Below are positions 38,601 to 53,600 of a DNA stretch of 64,000 nt, piece by piece. A model generated the notes under the pieces. That model was not told the origin of the DNA, ran no database searches, and saw only the letters and a program-made list of their open reading frames with translations. Position 1 is the stretch's first letter, and each line of letters opens with the position of its first letter. Source of the DNA: Eledone cirrhosa (Eukaryota); the NCBI GenBank assembly GCA_964016885.1, contig OZ024740.1, positions 28,830,001 through 28,894,000 of the forward strand. The letters are read 5' to 3'. A program made the translations under genes and the position numbers.

Positions 38601-41600
38601 CAACAACAGTAACAACAACAATTACAACAACAGTAACAACACCAGTAACAAGAACAGTAACAACAGTAACAACAACAGTAACAACAGCAGTAACAACAAC
38701 AGCAACAACAACAGTAACAACAACAGCAACAACAACAGTAACAACAACAGTAACAGCAGTAGTAACAACAACAGTAATAGTAGCAGTAACAGCAGCAATA
38801 ACAGCAGCAGTAACATCAGCAGTAACAACAACAGTAACAACAAAAGTAACACCAACAGTAACAACAACAATAACAACAACAGTAACAACAGCAGTAACAG
38901 CAGCAGTGTCATCAACAGTAACAACATCAGTAACAACAAGAGTAACAACAACTGTAACAGCAACAGTAACAACAACAGTAACAACAACTGTAACAACAGC
39001 AGTAGCAGCAGCAGTAACAACACCAGTAACAAGAACAGTAACAACAGTAACAACAACAGTAACAACAGCAGTAACAACAACAGTAACAGCAGCAGTAACA
39101 ACAACAGTAACAGCAGCAGTAACAACAACAGTAACAACAACAGTAACAACAGCAGTAACAACAACAGTAACACCAGAAGTAACAACATTGGTAACAGCAG
39201 CAGTAACAGTAACAGTAACAACAATAGTAGCAGCAGCAGTAACAACATCAGTAACAGCAGCAGTAACAACTGTAAAAGGAGCAGTATCAACAACAGTAAC
39301 AATAACAGTAACAAAAATAGTAACAACAACAGTAACAACAACAGTAACAACAACAGTAACAGTAGCAGTAACAACAAGAGTAACAACAAAACTAACAGCA
39401 GCAGAAACACCAGCAGTAACAACAAACTTAACAGCAACAGTAACAACAACAGTAACAACAGCAGTAACAACAACGGTAACAACAAAAGTAACAACAACAG
39501 TAACAGCAGCAGTAACAACAACAGTAACAACAACAGTAACAACAGCAGTAACAACAGCAGTAACATCAGAAGTAACAACGACAGTAACAAGAGCAATAAC
39601 AAAAACAGTAACAACAACAGTAACAGCAGTAGTAACCACAGCAGTAACACCAGAAGTAACAGCAGCAGTAACAGCAGCAGTAACAACAACAGTAACAACA
39701 ACTGTAACAACAGCAGTAACACCAGAAGTAACAGCAGTAGTAACAGCAGCAGTAACAACAACAGTAACAACAACAGTAACAGCAGCAGTAACAACAGCAG
39801 CAAGACCAGAAATAACAGCAGCAGTAACAGCAGCAGTACCAACAACAGTAACAACAACTGTAACAACAGCAGTAACACCAGAAGTAACAGCAGTAGTAAC
39901 AGCAGCAGTAACAACAACAGTAACAACAACAGTAACAGCAGCAGTAACAACAGCAGCAAGACCAGAAATAACAGTAGCAGTAACAGCAGCAGTACCAACA
40001 ACAGTAACAACAACAGTAACAACAGCAGTAACAGCAGAAGTAACAACAGTAGTAACAGCAGCAGTAACCACAACAGTAACAACAACAGTAACAACAACAG
40101 CAACAGCCGCAGTAACAACAACACTAACATCAGCAGTAACATTAGCAGCAACAACAACAGTAACAACAACAGTAACATCAAAAGTAACAGCAGCTGTCAC
40201 AACAACAGTAACAAGAACAGTAACAACAACAGTAACAACACCAGTAACAAGAACAGTAACAACAGTAACAACAACAGTAACAACAGCAGTAAAAGCAACA
40301 TTAACAACAACAGTAATAGCAGCAGTAACGGCAGCAGTAACAACAACAGTAACAACAACAGTAAAAGCAACAGTAACAACAACAGTAACAGCAGCAGTAA
40401 CAACAACAGTAACAACAACAGTAACAGAAGCAGTAACGGCAGCAGTAACAAAACAGTAACAGCAGCAGTAACAGCAGCAGTAACAACAACAGTAACAACA
40501 ACAGTAAAAGCAACAGTAACAACAACAGTAACAGAAGCAGTAACAACAACAGTAACAGCAGCAGTAACAACAACAGTAACAGTAGCAGTAACAACAACAG
40601 TAACAACAACAGTAATAGCAGCAGTAACAACAACAGTAACAGCAGCAGTAACAACAACAGTAACAACAACAGTAACAGCAGCAGTAACGGCAGCAGTAAC
40701 AACAACAGTAACAGCAGCAGTAACGGCAGCAGTAACAACAACAGTAACAACAACAGTAACAGCAGCAGTAACAACAACAGATACAACAACAGTAACAGCA
40801 GCAGTAACATTAGCAGTAACAACAACAGTAACAACAACAGCAACAACAACAGTAACAACAACAGCAACAACAACAGTAACAACAACAGTAACAGCAGTAG
40901 TAACAACAACAGTAATAGTAGCAGTAACAGCAGCAGTAACAGCAGCAATAACAGCAGCAGTAACATCAGCAGTAACAACAACAGTAACAACAAAAGTAAC
41001 ATCAACAGTAACAACAACAATAACAACAACAGTAACAACAGCAGTAACAGCAACAGTGTCATCAACAGTAACAACATCAATAACAACAAGAGTAACAACA
41101 ACAGTAACAGCAGTAGTAACAACAACAGTAACAGCAGCAGTAACAACAACAGTAACAGCCGCAGTAACAGCAGCAGTAACAGCAACAGTAACAACACAGT
41201 AACAACAACAGTAACAGCAGCAGTAACAGCAGCAGTAACACACAAAGTAACAACAACAGTAACAACAACAGTAACAGCAGCAGTAAAAACAACTGTAACA
41301 ACAACAGTAACAACAACAGTAACAAAAACAGTAACAGCAACAGTAACAACAACAGTAACAACAACAGTAACAACAACAGTAACAACAGCAGTAACAGCAG
41401 CAGTAACAACAACAGTAACAACAGCAGTAACAGCAGCAGTAACAGCAGCAGTAACACAACAGTAACAACAACAGTAACAGTAGCAGTAACAACAACAGTA
41501 ACAACAACTGTAACAACAACAGTAACAACAACAGTAACAACAACTGTAACAACAACAGTAACAACAACAGTAACAACAACTGTAACAACAACAGTAACAA

Positions 41601-44600
41601 CAACTGTAACAACAACAGTAACAACAACAGTAACAACAACAGTAACAACAACTGTAACAACAACAGTAACAACAACTGTAACAACAACTGTAAAAACAAC
41701 AGTAACAACAACAGTAACAACAACAGTAACAACAACTGTAACAACAACAGTAACAACAACTGTAACAACAACAGTAACAACAACAGTAACAACAACTGTA
41801 ACAACAGCAGTAACAACAACAGTAACAACAACTGTAACAACAACAGTAACAACAAATGTAACAACAACAGTAACAACAACAGTAACAACAACAGTAACAA
41901 CAACAGTAACAACAACAGTAACAACAACAGTAACAACAACTGTAACAACAACACTAACAACAACAGTAACAACAACAGTAACAACAACACTAACAACAAC
42001 AGTAACAACAACAGTAACAACAACTGTAACAACAACAGTTACAACAACAGTAACAACAACAGTAACAACAACAGTAACAACAACAGTAACAACAACAGTA
42101 AAAACAAGCGTAACAACAACAGTAACAACAACTGTAACATCAGCAGTAACAACAACAGTAACAACAACAGTAACAACAACAGTAACAACAACAGTAACAA
42201 CAACTGTAACAACAACAGTAACAACAACAGTAACAACAACAGTAACAATAACTGTAACAACAACAGTAACAACAACAGTAACAACAACAGTAACAACAAC
42301 TGTAACAACAACAGTAACAACAACAGTAACAACAACAGTAACAACATCAGTAACAACAACAGTAAGAACAAATGTAACAAAAACAGTAACAACAACAGTA
42401 ACAACAACAGTAACAACAACAGTAACTACAACTGTAACAAAAACAGTAACAACAACAGTAACAACAGCAGTAACAACAACAGTAACAACAACAGTAACAA
42501 CAGCAGTAACAACAACAGTAACAACAACAGTAACAACAACAGTAACAACAACAGTAACAACAGCAGTAACAACAACAGTAACATCTGCAGTAACAACAAC
42601 TGTAACAACAACAGTAACAACAACAGTAACAACAACAGTAACAACAACAGTAACAACAACTGTAACAACAACAGTAACAACAACTGTAACAACAACAGTA
42701 ACAACAACTGTAACAACAACAGTAACAACAACAGTAACAACAGCAGTAACAACAACAGTAACAACAACAGTAATAACAACTGTAACAACAACAGTAACAA
42801 CAAATGTAACAACAACAGTATCAACAACAGTAACAACAACAGTAACAACAACAGTAACAACAACCGTAACAACAACAGTAACAATAACTGTAACAACAAC
42901 ACTAACAACAACAGTAACAACAACAGTAACAACAACACTAACAACAACAGTAACAACAACAGTAACAACAACAGTAACAACAACAGTAACAGTAGCAGTA
43001 ACAACAACAGTAACAACAACACTAACAGCAGCAGAAACACCAGCAGTAACAACAAACTTAACAGCAACAGTAACAACAACAGTAACAACAGCAGTAACAA
43101 CAACGGTAACAACAAAAGTAACAACAACAGTAACAGCAGCAGTAACAACAACAATAACAACAACAGTAACAACAGCAGTAACAGCAACAGTGTCATCAAC
43201 AGTAACAACATCAATAACAACAAGAGTAACAACAACAGTAACAGCAGTAGTAACAAAAACAGTAACAGCAGCAGTAACAACAACAGTAACAGCCGCAGTA
43301 ACAGCAGCACTAACAACACAGTAACAACAACAGTAACAGCAGCAGTAACAGCAGCAGTAACACACAAAGTAACAACAACAGTAACAACAACAGTAACAGC
43401 AGCAGTAAAAACAACTGTAACACAACAGTAACAACAACAGTAACAAAAACAGTAACAGCAACAGTAACAACAACAGTAACAACAGCAGTAACACCAGCAG
43501 TAACTACAACAGTAACAACAACAGTAACAGCAACAGTAACAGCAACTGTAACACCAGAAGTAACAACAACAGTAACAACAACAGTAACAGCAGCAGTAAA
43601 AACATCTGTAACAACAACAGTAACAACAACAGTAACAACAGCAGTAACAGCAGCAGTAACAACAACAGTAACAACAGCAGTAACAGCAGCTGTAACAGCA
43701 GCAGTAACACAACAGTAACAACAACAGTAACAGTAGCAGTAACAACAACAGTAACAACAACTGTAACAACAACAGTAACAACAACAGTAACAACAACAGT
43801 AACAACAACTGTAACAACAACAGTAACAACAACAGTAACAACAACTGTAACAACAACAGTAACAACAACTGTAACAACAACAGTAACAACAACAGTAACA
43901 ACAACAGTTACAACAACTGTAACAACAGCAGTAACAACAACTGTAACAACAACTGTAACAACAACAGTAACAACAACAGTAACAACAACAGTAACAACAA
44001 CTGTAACAACAACAGTAACAACAACTGTAACAACAACAGTAACAACAACAGTAACAACAACTGTAACAACAGCAGTAACAACAACAGTAACAACAACTGT
44101 AACAACAACAGTAACAACAACAGTAACAACAACTGTAACAACAACAGTAACAACAAATGTAACAACAACAGTAACAACAACAGTAACAACAACAGTAACA
44201 ACAACAGTAACAACAACAGTAACAACAACTGTAACAACAACACTAACAACAACAGTAACAACAACAGTAACAACAACACTAACAACAACAGTAGCAACAA
44301 CAGTAACAACAACTGTAACAACAACAGTTACAGAAACAGTAACAACAACAGTAACAACAACAGTAACAACAACAGTAACAACAACAGTAAAAACAACGGT
44401 AACAACAACAGTAACAACAACTGTAACATCAGCAGTAACAACAACAGTAACAACAACAGTAACAACAACAATAACAACAACAGTAACAACAACTGTAACA
44501 ACAACAGTAACAACAACAGTAACAACAACAGTAACAATAACTGTAACAACAACAGTAACAACAACAGTAACAACAACAGTAACAACAACTGTAACAACAA

Positions 44601-47600
44601 CAGTAACAACAACAGTAACAACAACAGTAACAACAACAGTAACAACAACAGTAAGAACAAATGTAACAAAAGCAGTAACAACAACAGTAACAACAACAGT
44701 AACAACAACAGTAACAACAACTGTAACAAAAACAGTAACAACAACAGTAACAACAGCAGTAACAACAACAGTAACAACAACAGTAACAACAGCAGTAACA
44801 ACAACAGTAACAACAACAGTAACAACAACAGTAACAACAACAGTAACAACAGCAGTAACAACAACAGTAACATCTGCAGTAACAACAACTGTAACAACAA
44901 CAGTAACAACAACAGTAACAACAACAGTAACAACAACAGTAACAACAACAGTAACAACAACTGTAACAACAACAGTAACAACAACTGTAACAACAACAGT
45001 AACAACAACTGTAACAACAACAGTAACAACAACCGTAACAACAACAGCAGTTACAACAACAGTAACAACAACAGTAACAACAACTGTAACAACAACAGTA
45101 ACAACAAATGTAACAACAACAGTAACAACAACAGTAACAACAACAGTAACAACAACTGTAACAACAACACTAACAACAACAGTAACAACAACAGTAACAA
45201 CAACACTAACAACAACAGTAACAACAACAGTAACAACAACAGTAACAACAACAGTAACAACAACAGTAACAGTAGCAGTAACAACAACAGTAACAACAAC
45301 ACTAACAGCAGCAGAAACACCAGCAGTAACAACAAACTTAACAGCAACAGTAACAACAACAGTAACAACAGCAGTAACAACAACGGTAACAACAAAAGTA
45401 ACAACAACAGTAACATCAGCAGTAACAACAACAGTAACAACAACAGTAACAACAGCAGTAACAACAGCAGTAACATCAGAAGTAACAGCAGCAGTAAGAG
45501 CAGCAGTAACAACAACAGTAACAACAACTGTAACAACAGCAGTAACACCAGAAGTAACAGCAGTAGTAACAGCAGCAGTAACAACAACACTAACATCAGC
45601 AGTAACATTAGCAGTAACAACAACAGTAACAACAACAGCAACAACAACAGTAACAACAACAGCAACAACAACAGTAACAACAACAGTAACAGCAGTAGTA
45701 ACAACAACAGTAATAGTAGCAGTAACAGCAGCAATAACAACAGCAGTAACATCAGCAGTAACAACAACAGTAACAACAAAAGTAACATCAACAGTAACAA
45801 CAACAATAACAACAACAGTAACAACAGCAGTAACAGCAACAGTGTCATCAACAGTAACAACATCAATAAGAACAAGAGTAACAACAACAGTAACAGCAGT
45901 AGTAACAACAACAGTAACAGCAGCAGTAACAACAACAGTAACAGCCGCAGTAACAGCAGCAGTAACAGCAGCGGTAACAACACAGTAACAACAACAGTAA
46001 CAGCAGCAGTAACAGCAGCAGTAACACACAAAGTAACAACAACAGTAACAACAACAGTAACAGCAGCAGTAACAGCAACAGTAACAACAACAGTAATAAC
46101 AACAGTAACAACAACAGTAACAACAGCAGTAACAGCAGCAGTAACAACAACAGTAACAACAGCAGTAACAGCAGCAGTAACAGCAGCAGTAACAACAACA
46201 GTAACAACAACTGTAACAACAACAGTAACAACAACAGTAACAACAACTGTAACAACAACAGCAACAACAACAGTAACAACAACTGTAACAACAACAGTAA
46301 CAACAACTGTAACAACAACAGTAACAACAACAGTAACAACAACAGTAACAACAACTGTAACAACAACAGTAACAACAACTGTAACAACAACTGTAACAAC
46401 AACAGTAACAACAACAGTAACAACAACAGTAACAACAACTGTAACAACAACAGTAACAACAACTGTAACAACAACAGTAACAACAACAGTAACAACAACT
46501 GTAACAACAGCAGTAACAACAACAGTAACAACAACTGTAACAACAACAGTAACAACAACAGTAACAACAACTGTAACAACAACAGTAACAACAAATGTAA
46601 CAATAACAGTAACAACAACAGTAACAACAACAGTAACAACAACAGTAACAATAACAGTAACAACAACAGTAACAACAACTGTAACAACAACACTAACAAC
46701 AACAGTAACAACAACAGTAACAACAACACTAACAACAACAGTAACAACAACAGTAACAACAACTGTAACAACAACAGTTACAACAAGAGTAACAACAACA
46801 GTAACAACAACAGTAACAACAACAGTAACAACAACAGTAAAAACAACGGTAACAACACAGTAACAAAAACAGTAACAACAACTGTAACAACCACAGTAAC
46901 AACAACAGTAACAACAACAGTAACAACAACAGTAACAGCAGCAGTAAAAACAACTGTAACAACAACAGTAACAACAACAGTAACAAAAACAGTAACAGCA
47001 ACAGTAACAACAACAGTAACAACAACAGTAACAACAACAGTAACAACAGCAGTAACAGCAGCAGTAACAACAACAGTAACAACAGCAGTAACAGCAGCAG
47101 TAACAGCAGCAGTAACAACAACAGTAACAACAACTGTAACAACAACAGTAACAACAACAGTAACAACAACTGTAACAACAACAGCAACAACAACAGTAAC
47201 AACAACTGTAACAACAACAGTAACAACAACTGTAACAACAACAGTAACAACAACAGTAACAACAACAGTAACAACAACTGTAACAACAACAGTAACAACA
47301 ACTGTAACAACAACTGTAACAACAACAGTAACAACAACAGTAACAACAACAGTAACAACAACTGTAACAACAACAGTAACAACAACAGTAACAACAACTG
47401 TAACAACAGCAGTAACAACAACAGTAACAACAACTGTAACAACAACAGTAACAACAACAGTAACAACAACTGTAACAACAACAGTAACAACAAATGTAAC
47501 AACAACAGTAACAACAACAGTAACAACAACAGTAACAACAACAGTAACAACAACAGTAACAACAACAGTAACAACAACTGTAACAACAATACTAACAACA

Positions 47601-50600
47601 ACAGTAACAACAACAGTAACAACAACACTAACAACAACAGTAACAACAACAGTAACAACAACTGTAACAACAACAGTTACAACAACAGTAACAACAACAG
47701 TAACAACAACAGTAACAACAACAGTAACAACAACAGTAAAAACAACGGTAACAACAACAGTAACAACAACTGTAACATCAGCAGTAACAACAACAGTAAC
47801 AACAACAGTAACAACAACAGTAACAACAACAGTAACAACAACTGTAACAACAACAGTAACAACAACAGTAACAACAACAGTAACAATAACTGTAACAACA
47901 ACAGTAACAACAACAGTAACAACAACAGTAACAACAACTGTAACAACAACAGTAACAACAACAGTAAAAACAACAGTAACAACAACAGTAACAACAACAG
48001 TTAGAACAAATGTAACAAAAACAGTAACAACAACAGTAACAACAATAGTAACAACAACAGTAACAACAACTGTAACAAAAACAGTAACAACAACAGTAAC
48101 AACAGCAGTAACAACAACAGTAACAACAACAGTAACAACAGCAGTAACAACAACAGTAACAACAACAGTAACAACAACAGTAACAACAGCAGTAACAACA
48201 ACAGTAACATCTGCAGTAACAACAACTGTAACAACAACAGTAACAACAACAGTAACAACAACAGTAACAACAACAGTAACAACAACTGTAACAACAACAG
48301 TAACAACAACTGTAACAACAACAGTAACAACAACTGTAACAACAACAGTAACAACAACAGTAACAACAGCAGTAACAACAACAGTAACAACAACAGTAAC
48401 AACAACTGTAACAACAACAGTAACAACAAATGTAACAACAAATGTAACAACAACAGTAACAACAACAGTAACAACAACAGTAACAACAACCGTAACAACA
48501 ACAGTAACAACAACTGTAACAACAACACTAACAACAACAGTAACAACAACAGTAACAACAACACTAACAACAACAGTAACAACAGCAGTAACAACAACTG
48601 TAACAACAACAGTAACAACAACAGTAACAACAACAGTAACAACAACAGTAACAACAACAGTAACAACAACAGTAACAACAACAGTAACGACAACAGTAAC
48701 AACAACTGTAACAACAACAGTAACAACAACTGTAACAACAACAGTAACAACAACAGTAACAACAACAGTAACAACAACAGTAACAACAACTGTAACATCA
48801 GCAGTAACAACAACAGTAACAACAACAGTAACAACAACAGTAACAACAACAGTAACAACAACAGTAACAACAACTGTAAAAACAACAGTAACAACAACAG
48901 TAACAACAACAGTAACAACAACAGTAACAACAACAGTAACAACAACTGTAAAAACAACAGAAACAACAACAGTAACAACAACTGTAACAACAACAGTAAC
49001 AACAACAGTAACAACAACAGTAACAACAACAGTAACAACAACAGTAACATCAGCAGTAACAACAACAGGAACAACAATAGTAACAACAACAGTAACAACA
49101 ACAGTAACAACAACAGTAACAACAACAGTAACAACAACAGTAACAACAACAGTAACAACAACTGTAACAACAACAGTAACAACAACAGTAACAACAACAG
49201 TAACAACAACTATCACAACAACAGTAACAACAACAGTAACAACAACAGTAACAACAACTGTAACAACAACAGTAACAAAAACAGTAACAACAACAGTAAC
49301 AACAACAATAAGAACAACTGTAACAAAAACAGTAACAACAACAGTAACAACAACAGTAACAACAACAGTAACAACAACTGTAACAAAAACAGTAACAACA
49401 ACAGTAACAACAGCAGTAACAAAAACAGTAACAACAACAGTAACAACAGCAGTAACAACAACAGTAACAACAACAGTAACAACAACAGTAACACGACACT
49501 AACAACAACAGTAACAACAACAATAACAACAACTGTAACAACAACAGTAACAACAACAGTAACAACAACAGTAACAACAACAGTAACAACAACAGTAACA
49601 ACAACAGTAAAAACAACAGTAACAACAACAGTAACAACAACTGTAACAACAACAGTAACAACAACTGTAACAACAACAGTAACAACAACAGTAACAACAA
49701 CAGTAACAACAACAGTAACAACAACTGTAACATCAGCACTAACAACAACAGTAACAACAACAGTAACAACAACAGTAACAACAACAGTAACAACAACTGT
49801 AAAAACAACAGTAACAACAACAGTAACAACAACAGTAACAACAACAGTAACAACAACTGTAAAAACAACAGTAACAACAACAGTAACAACAACTGTAACA
49901 ACAACAGTAACAACAACAGTAACAACAACAGTAACAACAACAGTAACAACAACAGTAACATCAGCAGTAACAACAACAGGAACAACAACAGTAACAGCAA
50001 CAGTAACAACAACAGTAACAACAACTGTAACAACAACAGTAACAACAACAGTAACAACAACAGTAACAACAACAGTAACAACAACAGTAACAACAACAGT
50101 AACAACAACAGTAACAACAACGGTAACAACAACTGTAACAACAACAGTAACAACAACAGTAACAACAACAGTAACAACAACTGTAACAACAACAGTAACA
50201 ACAACAGTAACAACAACAGTAACAACAACTGTAACAACAACAGTAACAACAACAGTAACAACAACAGTAACAACAACAATAAGAACAACTGTAACAAAAA
50301 CAGTAACAACAACAGTAACAACAACAGTAACAACAACAATAAGAACAACTGTAACAACAACAGTAACAACAACAGTTACAACAACAGTAACAACAACTGT
50401 AACAACAACAGTAACAACAACAGTAACAACAACAGTAACAACAACAATAAGAACAACTGTAACAACAACAGTAACAACAACAGTAACAACAACTGTAACA
50501 ACAACAGTAACAACAACAGTAACAACAACAGTAACAACAACAGTAACAACAACTGTAACAAAAACAGTAACAACAACAGTAACAACAGCAGTAACACCAA

Positions 50601-53600
50601 CAGTAACAACAACAGTAACAACAGCAGTAACAACAACAGTAACAACAACAGTAACCACAACTGTAACACCAGCAGTAACAACAACAGTAACAACAACAGT
50701 AACAACAACTGTAACAACAACAGTAACAACAACAGTTACAAAAACAGTAACAACAACTGTAACAACAGCAGTAACAACAACAGTAACAACAACAGTAACA
50801 ACAACAGTAACAACAACAGTAACAACAACAGTAACAACAACAGTAACAACAACAGTAACAACAACAGTAAAAACAACTATAACAACAACAGTAACAACAA
50901 CAGTAACAACAACAGTAACAACAACTGTAACAACAACAGTAACAACAACAGTAACAACAACAGTAACAACAACAATAAGAACAACTGTAACAAAAACAGT
51001 AACAACAACAGTAACAACAACAGTAACAACTACAGTAACAACAACTGTAACAAAAACAGTAACAACAACAGTAACAACAGCAGTAACAACAACAGTAACA
51101 ACAACAGTAACAACAACAGTAACAACGACACTAACAACAACAGTAACAACAACAGTAACAACAACAGTAACAACAACAGTAACAACAACAGTAACAACAA
51201 CAGTAAAAACAACAGTAACAACAACAGTAACAACAACTGTAACAACAACAGTAACAACAACTGTAACAACAACAGTAACAACAACAGTAACAACAACAGT
51301 AACAACAACAGTAACAACAACTGTAACATCAGCAGTAACAACAACAGTAACAACAACAGTAACAACAACAGTAACAACAACAGTAACAACAACAGTAACA
51401 ACAACAGTAACAACAACTGTAAAAACAACAGTAACAACAACAGTAACAACAACTGTAACAACAACAGTAACAACAACAGTAACAACAACAGTAACAACAA
51501 CAGTAACAACAACAGTAACAGCAGCAGTAACAACAACAGGAACAACAACAGTAACAACAACAGTAACAACAACAGTAACAACAACTGTAACAACAACAGT
51601 AACAACAACAGTAACAACAACAGTAAAAACAACAGTAACAACAACAGTAACAACAACTGTAACAACAACAGTAACAACAACTGTAACAACAACAGTAACA
51701 ACAACAGTAACAACAACAGTAACAACAACAGTAACAACAACTGTAACATCAGCAGTAACAACAACAGTAACAACAACAGTAACAACAACAGTAACAACAA
51801 CAGTAACAACAACAGTAACAACAACTGTAAAAACAACAGTAACAACAACAGTAACAACAACAGTAACAAAAACAGTAACAACAACTGTAAAAACAACAGT
51901 AACAACAACAGTAACAACAACTGTAACAACAACAGTAACAACAACAGTAACAACAACAGTAACAACAACAGTAACAACAACAGTAACATCAGCAGTAACA
52001 ACAACAGGAACAACGACAGTAACAACAACAGTAACAACAACAGTAACAACAACTGTAACAACCACAGTAACAACAACAGTAACAACAACAGTAACAACAA
52101 CAATAAGAACAACTGTAACAAAAACAGTAACAACAACAGTAACAACAACAGTAACAACAACAATAAGAACAACTGTAACAACAACAGTAACAACAACAGT
52201 AACAACAACAGTAACAACAACTGTAACAACAACAGTAACAACAACAGTAACAACAACAGTAACAACAACAATAAGAACAACTGTAACAACAACAGTAACA
52301 ACAACAGTAACAACAACTGTAACAACAACAGTAACAACAACAGTAACAACAACAGTAACAACAACAATAACAACAACTGTAACAAAAACAGTAACAACAA
52401 CAGTAACAACAGCAGTAACACCAACAGTAACAACAACAGTAACAACAGCAGTAACAACAACAGTAACAACAACAGTAACCACAACTGTAACACCAGCAGT
52501 AACAACAACAGTAACAACAACAGTAACAACAACTGTAACAACAACAGTAACAACAACAGTTACAAAAACAGTAACAACAACTGTAACAACAGCAGTAACA
52601 ACAACAGTAACAACAACAGTAACAACAACAGTAACAACAACAGTAACAACAACAGTAACAACAACAGTAACAACAACAGTAACAACAACAGTAACAACAA
52701 CTATAACAACAACAGTAACAACAACAGTAACAACAACAGTAACAACAACTGTAACAACAACAGTAACAACAACAGTAACAACAACAGTAACAACAACAAT
52801 AAGAACAACTGTAACAAAAACAGTAACAACAACAGTAACAACAACAGTAACAACAACAGTAACAACAACTGTAACAAAAACAGTAACAACAACAGTAACA
52901 ACAGCAGTAACAACAACAGTAACAACAACTGTAACATCAGCAGTAACAACAGCAGTAACAACAACAGTAACAACAACAGTAACAACAACAGTAACAACAA
53001 CAGTAACAACAACAGTAACAACAACAGTAACAACAACAGTAACAACAACAGTAACAACAACAGTAACAACAACTGTAAAAACAACAGTAACAACAACAGT
53101 AACAACAACTGTAACAACAACAGTAACAACAAGAGTAACAACAACAGTAACAACAACAGTAACAACAACAGTAACAGCAGCAGTAACAACAACAGGAACA
53201 ACAACAGTAACAACAACAGTAACAACAACAGTAACAACAACTGTAACAACAACAGTAACAACAACAGTAACAACAACAGTAAAAACAACAGTAACAACAA
53301 CAGTAACAACAACTGTAACAACAACAGTAACAACAACTGTAACAACAACAGTAACAACAACAGTAACAACAACAGTAACAACAACAGTAACAACAACTGT
53401 AACATCAGCAGTAACAACAACAGTAACAACAACAGTAACAACAACAGTAACAACAACAGTAACAACAACAGTAACAACAACTGTAAAAACAACAGTAACA
53501 ACAACAGTAACAACAACAGTAACAACAACAGTAACAACAACTGTAAAAACAACAGTAACAACAACAGTAACAACAACTGTAACAACAACAGTAACAACAA

